From NCBI GenBank assembly GCA_030704615.1, contig CM060732.1:13268001-13332000 (forward strand): 64,000 bases of DNA. Reading direction: 5' to 3'. Positions 24,911-36,391 of the stretch are shown here, piece by piece. A program made the position numbers and the translations under genes. Every line of letters begins with the position of its first letter. Position 1 is the stretch's first letter. This DNA comes from Takakia lepidozioides. Lineage: Eukaryota > Plantae > Bryophyta. Under the pieces are notes generated by a model. The model was not told where the DNA came from and made no database searches. It saw nothing but the letters and a program-made list of their open reading frames with translations.

Positions 24911-25317
24911 CAATGGGAATTCAGCTGGCTAATTTTGAGTTTCCAGAGCAGTTGACAATAATTTGGTCACATGGAAAATTGACTTAAAATTTATAGGCCG
25001 GTGCTGCCACCAATATACTAAAAAGAATCATCTTCCTTAGCCCCCAATTCAACACACAATCTGGCGAATCGCCAGATTTCGACCTGGAAAATGGGTCAGC
25101 TACTTTTGCTAAGGAATTATGGGAATAAAAATCAAGAAAATCGCCAGAAAGCGCCAATGGTTAGTTACTAGGAGCCAGATCTGTCCTACGTGGATCTGTT
25201 AAAATATGACACCTATTATATAGCCACTTTTCTAGCTCTGTCACCTCGTTATTCTCACCACATGGGCGCTAGGTAGAATTTACATGTCGCCCTGCCTGCG
25301 ATTTTGGAAAAGTGAGG

Positions 25318-25627
25318 GTGAAAAGGGTAAAAAAAGAACAAGGGATCGAGGACAAGAAATCGCCTAAATCTAGACAAAGTACCATAATATCATATACCTA
25401 TGTTATAATTTTATATTGTTCTTAATGCGAGAACTTTACAAAGAGAAGGTGAAAAGGGTCCAATAAGAACAATGGATCGAGGACAAGGGATCGCCCAAAT
25501 CTAGACAAAGTACGGTAGCCGTAAGGTGAAGTGGCTCTTAGTTACGCCGGCTTCAGCCGGAGTCTTTTCTCTCTCTAGACAGTACCATAATATCATATAC
25601 CTTGTTATACTTTTACATTGTTCTTAA
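25318..25627. repeat. Tandem duplication (about 110-130 bp); the second unit carries a ~70-bp insert with a hairpin
   Basis: gtgaaaagggt...ctagacaaagtac and cataatatcatatacct...tgttcttaa each occur twice; insert at about 25514-25584. Confidence 0.7.
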
Positions 25628-25784
25628 ATTTTTTTTCGCATAGTATATATGGAATGATTGTTCTCAAAATTTGTCGCTAGTAGTGTAGAGCAACTCGAAG
25701 CCCTAGTATAATTTTCCGGAAAAGTCTCTGAATACCCATCCTTTGCTTGTATACTAGACCAACATTGGATGAAATAGGCACATT

Positions 25785-26002
25785 GGTTGGTAGCTCAGCT
25801 GGTAAGTGCACAGTGTGTCGCCCTGGTGGTTTGAAGTTCAAACCAGCTGCCCTGCCCCGTGTGTGGAATTGTCCGTGACTGTATGTTTGGGCGTTGATCA
25901 TCGTGAAGGGCCCATAAATGAAAGGGGTTAATTTTCCCCCCTCCTCAAAGGCCTGAATTGTGGGCTGTCACTCCCAGGTTTCCTTTTAAAAAATAAAATA
26001 AA
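25785..26002 (+). mobile_element. tRNA-derived SINE
   Basis: A box TAGCTCAGCTGG (25791-25802), B box GTTCAAACC (25836-25844), non-tRNA body and A-rich tail; no TSD identified. Confidence 0.7.
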
Positions 26003-26589
26003 TTCATGTAATAATAGTAATAATAATGCCACTCAAAAAATGCGTTGTTATTTATCATATGGTCCACTAGTCAGGGTACAAGGCACTCAGTTTAAACCCA
26101 GATAGGTGTATGTTGGATATCACCCCTTATGGCCAACCTACCTATAAGATTATACCTTGGGATTTAATTTGAGTCTTTAGGATGAGGGCTACGCAACCAG
26201 GGTCATTAGATTGTATCTATCTTTCAGAATTCAAACAGTAGACAATAGTCATTTAGGATGAAGTAATCACCATAGGTTACATAAGTCACACACCCTCTCT
26301 ATTGTGATGTAACAAGGCGTGAGATACACGGAGGCCCTGCCATTGTTTTATTGATATGAAGTTTTATGGAATGATGTTAGGGCTAACAAGGCGTGACATA
26401 CACTTAAGCCCGGTTGTTGACTAATTTGGTATTTAATAGCAGTGCATATGCCGTGCATATATCAGTCTTTCACCTATATACCAATACAACACTGGTCTCT
26501 ATTTTTAAAAGCAAAAAAATAAAAATCGTTAAAATAAAAATAAAATACTAAAATAATGATATGTACTATTTATTATAGCATATTACATA

Positions 26590-27063
26590 TCAATATATGA
26601 AGCGAGATGTTTGTTTTGTTTTGTTTGTTTTGTAGATTTGAGATGTCCCCAACCGCGAGGCCCCAACCCCTGGTGCTTTGTACCATTGGAAAGCCCTCGA
26701 CGAGGAGGGGTGCACGGGCTTAGTCTCATGCTTTTTGGACATGCCGTGTGGGAGATGTGGAATTTCAAGTACTTTGGGTCGCTGGAAATTGCCAAAAATA
26801 GCAAAGTGGGAATTCTTGGGACAATGGTTGGAGCCTCGAGAGGAGAGATATCAAGGGAAAGGTCTCCGGTTCAAATCTGGTCATAGGCTCTGTGGAAAAG
26901 AAAATGCATTTGGACTTAGATGACATTGGACCCTTGCGCCAATGACAAAGGCTACCCTAGAGGTCGCACTTGGGCCTTGACATAGGAGACTTGCATACAG
27001 AGGAGATTGCACTTGGGCTTAGATGACACTTGACACTTGGGCAAACGACACGGGCTACCCTAG
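26590..27063 (+). mobile_element. Non-autonomous Helitron, copy 1
   Basis: A|TC start followed by (GTTT)-rich sequence; 3' imperfect hairpin then CTAG|T; an earlier internal hairpin+CTAG near 26930-26960. Confidence 0.72.
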
Positions 27064-27102
27064 TATGTCTTCATATTATATTATGTTCCCATTCATTACT
27101 TA

Positions 27103-27480
27103 CTAGGGTAGCTTGTGCCATTGGCCCAAGTGTCAAGTGTTATCTAAGCCCAAGTGCAATCTTTTATGTATGCAAGTGCGTCTTCTATGTCGAGGCCCAA
27201 GTGCGACCTCTAGGGTAGCCTATGCCGTTGGCCCAAGGGTCCAATGTCATTTAAGTCCAAATGCATTTTTTTTCCACATAGCCTACGACCAGATTTGAAC
27301 CGGAGACCTTTCCCTTCATATCTCTCCCGTCGAGGCTCCAACCATTGTCCCAGGAATGCCCACTTTGCAATTTTTCGTGAATTTTCAGCGACCTTAAGTA
27401 CTTGAAATTCCACATCTCCCACACCGCAGGTCCAAAAATCGTGAGACCAAGCCCGTGCACCCCTCCTCGTCGAGGGCTTT
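27103..27480 (-). mobile_element. Non-autonomous Helitron, copy 2 (5'-truncated, inverted)
   Basis: Reverse complement of about 26690-27063; ends in hairpin CTTGGGCCAATGGCACAAG then CTAG|T on the minus strand. Confidence 0.72.
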
Positions 27481-27646
27481 GGAGAGGCGACATAGTGCGG
27501 TGGGGCCAACCTTCTCATCAGGAGCAGGGCGACAGCCGAATTTGCTACCTGGTTGCGACAGGGTGTGCGGGGATTAGAACGAAGCCAACGTGTACATAGT
27601 CCGGCGATTAGAGGGATTCCGGTACTAAACCCATTGGGTGCTCATC

Positions 27647-28396
27647 ATGGCGACAAAGGGTGGTACATGTTCTGTAAAAATGGATGCAGGTCCTGTAAAA
27701 ATGGAGTCCATGAAGACATTGGCTAGGGATAAAGCCATTGCAAACAGACGCTTAGGGAAGAAATTGCTTGAAGTAAGCGTCACTATAGTGGTAGCAGGAG
27801 TAGACATCGATCCAGGTTGTCTCTCGAAAATGGAGTGTTTTCTACGAACAAAATGCGTCTCATGTGTTTGTTTGTTGGAGAGAGGAGGGACTCTGTTTCA
27901 TGCCCACCTACAAATGGTGTGTAAAGTTTACGTATCCAGTTTAATCATGCTCAACAAACGAATAAAAAACGCTTTAGGTTGGAACAATCCAAAATCTGCA
28001 CTAGCCGGACCACATGTCCATTGCAAACTATTATGAGGTAAAGGCCTACAAACAAACATTGGCATGATCGGGTACTGCCTGAAAGACATCGACGAACCCG
28101 ATTTCCACTTCGTCTACGTGAGTGTCAGCGATGACGAAATGCAAGATGGAATGGACGAGGATACAAAGTTTGGTGCCTGCTTCGGAAAAGCAAAGGTTTG
28201 CCTCTCACACCAAAATGTTTTGGAACGAGCACGGATGTGGTGCAAATACAAGATGAGAGGGCAATTGAATGCAACACTGCCTCGTGTTCTCTTCCACATG
28301 ATGAAGTCTAGTCAGTATTTTCTTTCTGCCAATTGGGTTGTACCAGAATTAATACGTACTGCAGCTCAAATTAGGCATTTTAATCCATACAATTGA
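27647..28396 (+). pseudogene. Y1 HUH endonuclease (Rep) transposase, Replitron-like, copy 1
   Basis: Motif I-like VSVTI; motif II ERGGTLFHAHLQ (HUH+Q); motif III GMIGYCLKD (single Tyr, YxxK); then LSHQNVLERA; no helicase motifs; one in-frame stop at 28034-28036. Confidence 0.8.
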
Positions 28397-29374
28397 AGGG
28401 GGATTGCTAAACCGAGAGCGAAAAATTCCGTGAGCAGAATTCTGCTCACACTTCTGCATGTGCTCACCTATAACCGCGGACACCTATTCGGCCTAGAAGA
28501 CCTATTACTGCGGGTTGTGTCTAGTATATCATGCATACTTCATTCATCGTTATGGATGAATGATGGATGAATGATGGATAAACGATGGATGAATGGGGGA
28601 TGAATGTACGTTCGACGAATGGCACATGGATGAATGTAGTTTGTGGATGAATGCAAAACTAAGATGCATTTTTGAGTAATGGTTGCTAAATCAACCTAGC
28701 TCTAGAGTGAACCTCTGCCCACTGGTGAGGGTTGTGATTGTCCTTTCACCAGGTATCAGAAGTCGACATAGTTGCTGACACACAATTGCAAAGAAGGTGG
28801 AGAGGCCATTTGGTGCTTCAAACTAAATAGTTTAAAAATTGCAGATTCATTCCGACGAAGAATATTCTATGCTACTGGAGTCGGCGTCCAAAGTGAAGGC
28901 AGAACTGTCTATGAAGACACTAGCCCTGCTTTGCACAAAACCCTTTGAGAGGAGACTAAATTCCGAAGCTGCAGCCTCCGCATAACATGACAATTTAAAA
29001 TCTGCTTTCGGACTTGGGAAAAATTGCGGGTTTGCAAAGAAAGGGAGGAACCGTGGCGACCTTGGGCTCCTGTACACACACACAAACAATGTAAGTCCAC
29101 ATACATTCTGCTGGCCCAACTTGTGCAAGAAAGATGGAAATAGAAGGATGCGCCGTCGTGTCAGTGAAGTGCCACAACTGAACTAGCACTTACTCACATG
29201 AGAAATCAGAATCAACATCCAGAGCATTGGGCTTTTGCAGATCCTGCTCCATAACAATGTTCTTAGTCTGGGTCGAATGCGATGAACCCCCAGACAGAGG
29301 TGCGATGATTTGAGAGTAGAACTGCTTGTCCTACTCCATCCCAAAAGATCCCAAAATGGCTGCAATTCACTCTT

Positions 29375-30518
29375 AGGATTAAGGTGTCGTCAACGACATC
29401 TTAATCCAGGCACTACGAGGCAGGACTCCATAACTGATGTTGGCAACTTTCAAAAAAATCTGACCATGTAAGATCCTCATTCATGGCAAACTCATCCCAA
29501 GAGGGCATGGATTTAAGGTATCGCCAACGACACCTTAATTCCATCTCTCAAATAGCAATCAAACAAGAGAATGACACAACACAGAACAACACAAGACTAC
29601 ATTGAAATTGAAAGCAGAGGTGCAGAGTTGAGGCCACCAAGGTTGAGAGAAATGCTCACACCCAAATCTAAAGAAGGCAGAGAGGTGAACTCGTGCTTTA
29701 TAAATAAACATTTCAAAACACGTACTAGGAATTAAGATGTCGTTGACGACAATTTAATCCCCAGCACCTGCACACACACTGCCTTACCGCCAAGGCTTGT
29801 TCGCCATCAGATTTTTTCGGGTGAATTTTTTTGGGGTTTTTGATTTTTCCATGAATTGTCATATGGAAAAAAAAAAAAAAAAAACTTGCTGGGAATTAAG
29901 ATGTCGTTGACGACACCTTAATCCCCACCACCTGACACCGCCTTACCGCCAAGGCTTCTTCGCCTTGAAAGTTTTTTGGGTTGAAATTTTTTTGGTTAAT
30001 GTTTTTGGGAAAAACAATTCAGGGATTTTGGTTTTTCCGTAAGCTGTCATGTGCCAATTCGTACTGGGAATTAAGATGTCGTTGACAACACCTTAATCCC
30101 AAGCACCTGCACACGCACCATGGTTCATTCATGTCGCTCATTTTTCATCCAAAGTCATTCAACATTCATCCATTCATTTTTCATTCATCTCAAAACCATT
30201 CATCCGACAGCTTTTCATCGCACATTCGTACCATATGGTCGTCACCCATGAAGGATTCTTCCGTCGGATGGGGTGGAGATTCTGCCCGTACAGTGTAGTT
30301 TTTGTCCATGACAATAGGCCATCTTCTTCCCTCGGTTGTAGGCTCCCATTCGCTAATATGCTCACGCTTAAGGGATTCTGCTCACGTTTACCACTTAAAG
30401 CGTGAGCGTGCTCACGTGAACTGCTCACACGGTAGCTACTCTCTTGCAAATGAGACCGGTCACTCTTCATGGATCCACTTTGTTCTAGTAAACCCAAACC
30501 TTTCTCCATTTTTGGGCT

Positions 30519-30549
<31 letters not shown>

Positions 30550-30762
30550 TTTTATCCTGTTTGGTGAAATTCCCATGTCCAAACAGGGCAGGGGATTAAG
30601 ATGTCGTTGACGACATCTTAATTCGTGCTTCCCTGAGCAGGATTACAACTCCCCCCTATGGTTTTTTCCAGGCAAGATTTTTTTTCTTGCAACGATTTTC
30701 ATGGGTTCATTTCTCATTCTGAGCATGCGATTTAAAATGTCGTTGACGACATCTTAATGCCT
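29375..30762. repeat. Seven dispersed ~30-bp palindromes ATTAAGATGTCGTTGACGACATCTTAAT
   Basis: Copies near 29377, 29509, 29728, 29892, 30067, 30592 and 30728. Confidence 0.88.
30519..30546. repeat. (TA)n microsatellite
   Basis: Direct observation. Confidence 0.95.
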
Positions 30763-33700
30763 GGTCCCTGCGTTTTCTGATCCCTCACGAGACATGCTCA
30801 TACAGTCGTCCATAGTCCCCTCATCTGGACAACTTTTCATCCGTGCTTCATCCAACGTTCATCCATTTCATTTTTACGTCCATCCCAAATCCATTCATCC
30901 GTGAATGTTTCATCGTGCATTCGTGCCACTTTGTCGTCATGGAGTCTGTCTGTCTTCGGTCCGATGGAGCGGAGATTGCGTCGTTGTAGTGAAGTTGGCG
31001 TCCACGGCAATAGGTCCACTTGTTACGATCTACCTCAGTCCCTTGTCCTGGAAACCTACTTCCAGGAATGTAGTCATATCCACATCGTCGCTTCTCCGCA
31101 TCAAAAAATCTGCTCACGCTTTGAATTTACTCACGCTTCGGGGAATCTGCTCACGCATCCAGGAATCTGCTCACGGCTTTGCTGCCCTCCAATTGAAGGG
31201 AAAGTCTGTTTCCTACTCTTCATCTGTACGTTTTATCCAATACCGGAAGATGTACTTTAGATGACTCTTTCTCTTATGGTAGAGAGCCTTTCTCTCAGGG
31301 ATTATAGGAATAAGAATGTCAGTCAAGTTTAGATAATCATTTTCATCTTGAGCAGCACCCTAAATTTAAATCCTTTAGAACCCTCCATCTCTTTTCTAGT
31401 TGTCCAAAAACATTCTTAACTTTACTTTGTCATTTCAGGAAATTGTTTTCTGCCAAATAGCATAGTAATATATGGTGCATCATGACCATCATATCATCCG
31501 TGATGTGAATGACATTGAAAGGATATGGACCATGTCATAGCATGGAACATCTCTACATGCATTGTCCATGTATACATACAGCAGCATCATGTATCCATGT
31601 AGTATGCATGTCACGCATGTGGGCCATGCGTGGGCGCAGGCCCGCCGTGACGGGAGTATTGCTACAGCCAAACATGCACTGGCCACCGTTCCGGCACCTG
31701 AGGAAGAAACAAGAAACCAACGGTGAAAAATAATCAGGTTTTTTATAGAAAATAATTAGGTTTTAAATGCACAGAAATGAAGAAAGTGTGCCGTCCACCA
31801 ACACAATTGCATACTTACTTTTCTCATGTGCGAAAGTGCAAAAGGGAACGCCCAACACAGGCCCGGCGACGGATCGCCTTGCCCCGTAGCCATGGCCCGA
31901 ACCTGGAAGGCCCGGCCCGAACCTTCCATTGCGAATCACAGTCTAGTACTTTATTCTTACAGTTCCTTTAGGAGGGTCCCCCTCTGACCAATGACCCTCT
32001 TTTGCTTGTAACTTAGTTAAATGAAAAAACCCGGCCAAAGGAGTTCTCATCCATCGAAACCGAACAGATTTCATGCAATAAAACAGAAACATCATACTCT
32101 ACCAACTCACCCTTGCAAATTCCATGGATGGATCATAACAGTGAAAGTTTTTGCTGCCCATCCTTGCCTCGCTCTCCAGCCGCCCCCCCCAACTGCCCGA
32201 AAAACAAAGAAACCAAAAGCCACGCTTTTGGTTTGTTTCCCGTGAAGGAAGGACGGGGGGCGGTAAGGCGCGCTCAAGGATGGCCACGCCATCTTGCTCA
32301 TGTCTGCAGCGGCGTAAGAGATGGTCTGCGACTGCGGGGAGACGTAGCTGAGCAGGTAGAGACTAGAGACTCTGTTTCCAAGGAGAATTTCATGGATTTT
32401 TGAAAAAGTTGAAGCATGTAGAGATGTGTGCAGAAGAAATTGTTGACTTGCGCAGAAGGTTTTATGTGCGTGTGTGAGGTCCCCTCGCGGGCTCCGATTA
32501 TGGTAGAGGGGCACGAGTTTTGCTGACGGGCGGTTGGAGTGCTGCTGCATGTCCACATTCGGGTCAGCGCGTTTAATGTGTCTGCGTTGTAAGGCGGATG
32601 GTTGTCTGGGACATACATGTTGGACCGGGTGGCAAAGGTACTTTGTTGGATGCGCTTGGACTTGGTTCGTTTTCAAGAAGGATTCCTCGTTTAGGCTGGA
32701 ATTCTGGTTTGTGTTGGCGAGGAAAAGTAAGTTGAGAGATTAGCGATGAAGCATCAAGTTGGACGCAGTAGTTCGCAGTTCAAGACTCTGCCATAGGCTT
32801 CTGGATAATTTTAAGCACAGGAATTGAAGCCTTCCCTTCGTGGAACAAATGTGTTCGACCAACTTTCAGAGATGGCCCCGGAGTTGCACTTCTTGCGTTT
32901 TATCAATGTTTTATCGCACCTGAAGACATGGAGGGATTGAAATTTAGAAGCGATCAGCAAATTGGAATGGATGGATAGTCTTAAGTTTGATGCAAACCAC
33001 CTTTGGGAAATATCAGAGTCGGCACCCGAGTGCATTCGCATATTTTCTTGTCGCTAGACACTCTGAAAGTCTTTGGTATCGCTGCCTTGGACAAAAGCTT
33101 ACAGAAATCTGAAAAACATGTACAGACCAATTTACCTGTCCACCTTTAAACTACATTTAGCAGACTGGGAGTGAAATGGACAAAAGAGTTTTCGTGTTCT
33201 GGGTTGGCAGGGGACTAATTATTTTTCCTCTTTGAGCGCAGAGTACCGGTAGATGGCACTGTATGCTCTGTATGCTTGGACAAGCAATTTCTGGCTGAGG
33301 AAGTAGCAAGGCACCAAATAAACAAGAAGTAGGTGGAGGCAGATCTTTGTCTTTTGTCTTTTGTCGAGTCGAAGGGAAAACCTTCCTCGAAGAAGAGAAC
33401 ACTCCGTTCTTTTGCGGTAAAGTCTTGGGCGCTGATTTTCCTGCTTTTCAGAAACATGGGATTTGTTTTCCAATTTTCCTTACTTCTGCTAACAAGGAGG
33501 GATATAGCAAGACACTGATTCCGGAGAGGTTTTTTCTGTCTCAGTTCTTCTGCAATTATGTCATCGTCCAATTGCAACACATTACCCATGTCTTACTCAA
33601 GTTTTCTTCCTGATTAAAAAAGAGACATTAACGTTCGGTTATCTCTCTGAAAGCGATGAACATTAACTAGGCAGGATTGTGGTTGGTTGTGTATCTAGTT

Positions 33701-34071
33701 TGGAGCTGGTGTATGCATCAAATGTCTTCAGAAATGATAGAAGCATCCACATCAAAGCCTCAGTCCTGAGGCTGTAAGCATCCTGCAACCATGTCCCCAT
33801 GATGTATCCATGTTGGAGTCTCTAGCGTTTGTGTGTTTGTATCTGGCTATTTATATTGTTTCATGATGGCTTGCATACTTTTGAGTTGTTCACCTATGTA
33901 GAACCTTCTGAAGATACAGTCATGTTGTCCAGGTTGGGAGTTGTTCAGGAATTTTAGGTGGAAAGATATTGACATGAGTCAAATTAGATGTTGCCTCGAG
34001 TTTGACGGCCTGCTCTTGAGAAGGCTTATATTTGATCACCACTTGCATGGTAACAGGTTGCAGTGGACACT

Positions 34072-34277
34072 ATGGCCTCAGTAAGACCTAAGATATTTGA
34101 AGGCTTTGGAGCACACGTTTTTTGTCTTACACACTACCTTTTTGAAAGGGTTAGGCATTTGCCGTTTCCATTGGGATCAACTTTTCAGGTCATGGAAAAT
34201 GTGGTTTACCCACACTATGAGCCTTTGGTCACCAGTGTCGAGACCCAAGCCTTGCGCTTACTATCTTTGGTTGATGA

Positions 34278-34315
<38 letters not shown>

Positions 34316-35297
34316 TCCACAAGGCTATGGCAAACAACGTCTTATGAGTACAATCTCTCTCTCTCTCTATTTTGATTTAGCTGGGCGCAGGTTCTACGGC
34401 TGCAAGGCTATGGCAAACAACGACTTATGAGTACATTCTAAGTTTGTTTGCCAATGATTTTGCTTTTAAAATTGTGGTTTCTGCGTTTTCACTGTTTCTC
34501 AATGATTACAGGCAAGATAAGTGAGACATTACTTGTGGTGTTGGTGGATCTAGTTGTATGTGGTGGGTGGGCAGGTTGAGAAACGAGTACCAATGGTCTC
34601 TATGCTTGCGCACAAAACTTGGGAGCTCTATGATCTATCAGGACAGGCTGCAAGCATTTTGTGGACTACAGTTGGAAGGGTTCGCAGGCAGGGATTGATC
34701 GGGGCTGCGGCCGATACTTGGGTCAACAATGAACTTGTGATGAAGAGCAAGTCAGAAGAGGGGCTAAAGTTTGCCAACAAAGTGCCATTGTTGAATATGT
34801 TTGTTCCCATTGTTCATACGATTGGTTCTCCCTTGGCACAGTTGGTCTCTGACTGGCTCGTAAGGCAAAGTGAAGTGCAGGATACGTATCTTTTAATTGA
34901 CAAGGAAGAGTCATCCGAGCAGCCTGAACTCAAGGATAATTGGGAGGAGAAAGACCCTACCATTCTTCAGCAGTCAGGAGTGGACAGCCATACTGAGGAG
35001 AAGGCCAAACAGCTGAAGAGCAATACACCTACTCGCACTCCAGAGGAGAAAATATGTGCTGGAAGTTCAAATGCCAGTGAAACAGTGGGCGGAGGGTACA
35101 GTGTGGAATCAAGTGAAGAGGGTGAGGCTACTGAGATCTCTTACGACGATGGTGGGAAAGAGAAGGCTGATATGCAGAGCCCCCCGCCCAGCAATGACTC
35201 TGATGAGGAGTCAGATGACCTGATGGATCTATTTGATTCAGGTTGGAGCTTGGGGTCAACTTTGGTTCCGAAACCACGTAGTCCTGGAAGAAGGTAG
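34072..35297 (+). CDS. REF/SRPP (lipid-droplet-associated) family protein; exons 34057-34281 and 34575-35297, with a possible upstream exon near 32.3 kb
   Basis: MENVVYPHYEPLVTSVETQALRLLSLVDEQ|VEKRVP resembles the REF domain; GT-AG junctions in frame; acidic C-terminal tail. Start codon uncertain. Confidence 0.62.
34310..34440 (+). mobile_element. Two very short 3'-end copies of the LINE family within intronic (CT)n
   Basis: caaggctatggcaaacaacg(t/a)cttatgagtaca occurs twice and matches the LINE 3' terminus at about 41958-41995. Confidence 0.8.
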
Positions 35298-36391
35298 AAG
35301 GAACTGTACCTGGTCTGAATCTGAACAGACTTTTAGTGCGTAGGGTTTCTTCATTAGTTTTCTACTTTCTTTTTTCTTCTTGGCCTTTGGCACCACCTTG
35401 AAATCCAGTCACAAAGACAACCGGTGAATCAGTGTATAGTTACTGTCAATCTTTATATATCTCCATTTGTAAACCATCAAGTCTCCTTTTGTACAGTGAC
35501 TGAGTAAAACTTGGATTTTCAACTGGCAACTTGGATTTTTTTCAACAGATTTTCAGTAGTCAACAGTGAGGTTGATGCTTCTTGGGAAAAGCTGGGTAGA
35601 CCCCATAAGGATGCGGTAGTCGTGCCGGTGTCTGGATGTGTGTGGTAATACTGTGTATAGATAAGAGTGAATCTTTGGATTCTCATCAGTGAGATGAATT
35701 CTCACCTCCTGTCTGGGCTTCGGAGTGTCCTTAGCAAGTGGAAATATAGTCGTCTCTCACTTGACTAGTCCCTTGAGGTATGCATGACCTGTTGCTTTCC
35801 CTACAAACCAGCATGCTCGCTCACAGCCTTCTTGAAGACATACTTTCTGTGTTGGTGGGAGGCTGTGCCCATGCCAGCAACAAGCATTGGATTGGGCTCC
35901 TTCCAAGCAAGATGGAGGATTACCAGCTTCCAAGTTGAGATCCGATTATTATCTAGTTGTGGGCTGAAGGTTGGTGGCAGAATTCCCTTTAGTCCATGGA
36001 TATCCTGTACCTTTTCGGGGGTAGCATGCGCATATTACTGGATCCTTGGAAGGTTGGCTTCCTCCAGGAGCTTTTCAAAAGCTTGTGTCCTGCTGAACAC
36101 GTATGGTATTAGGAGTGCTGTAAAAATGATTCACATGAAGATGGCAATTCCTTGAATTTAAGTACTGGAGGCCCTTTGAAGCTAAAATGTTATTCACAAA
36201 GTGGCAAATCTCATCAGTTCTTTGCCTATACTGTGTTCCAAGACGTGCACTCTACACAAGTCTGCAAAGATTCATGAGAGAATGGAAATAAAGGGATCAT
36301 GACAATCAAGCAAATAAGAAAACAGGAAACAAGAGCAGACTTCCAATTGGAAAGCCCAATTATTATTCAAAACTGATAATACAACAGCCCA

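Larger units (their letters stand above)
28399..31189. mobile_element. Non-autonomous MULE derivative with a 9-bp TSD
   Basis: TSD CAATTGAAG at 28390-28398 and 31190-31198; imperfect TIR (14/21 matches); fragment KRRCGYDYIPGSRFPGQGTEVDR (about 31025-31095, minus) nearly identical to the 4962-8481 transposase. Confidence 0.82.

Noticed and set aside
25785-25860. tRNA gene
   Set aside because: A and B boxes are present but there is no convincing cloverleaf; followed by a body and A-tail, so called a SINE.
26107-26490. Solo LTR (TGTTGG start; repeated TAACAAGGCGTGA motif)
   Set aside because: No matching TSD or convincing inverted terminus found.
27647-28396. Endogenous geminivirus/CRESS virus or Helitron RepHel
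   Set aside because: No helicase motifs, no capsid ORF, and only one catalytic Tyr motif.
29375-30762. CRISPR array of palindromic repeats
   Set aside because: Irregular spacing of roughly 130-530 bp, mixed orientation, and location inside a TSD-bounded MULE.
32760-33620. Degenerate minus-strand LINE-like remnant upstream of, or in intron 1 of, the REF gene
   Set aside because: Only faint motif resemblance; cannot be supported without a search.
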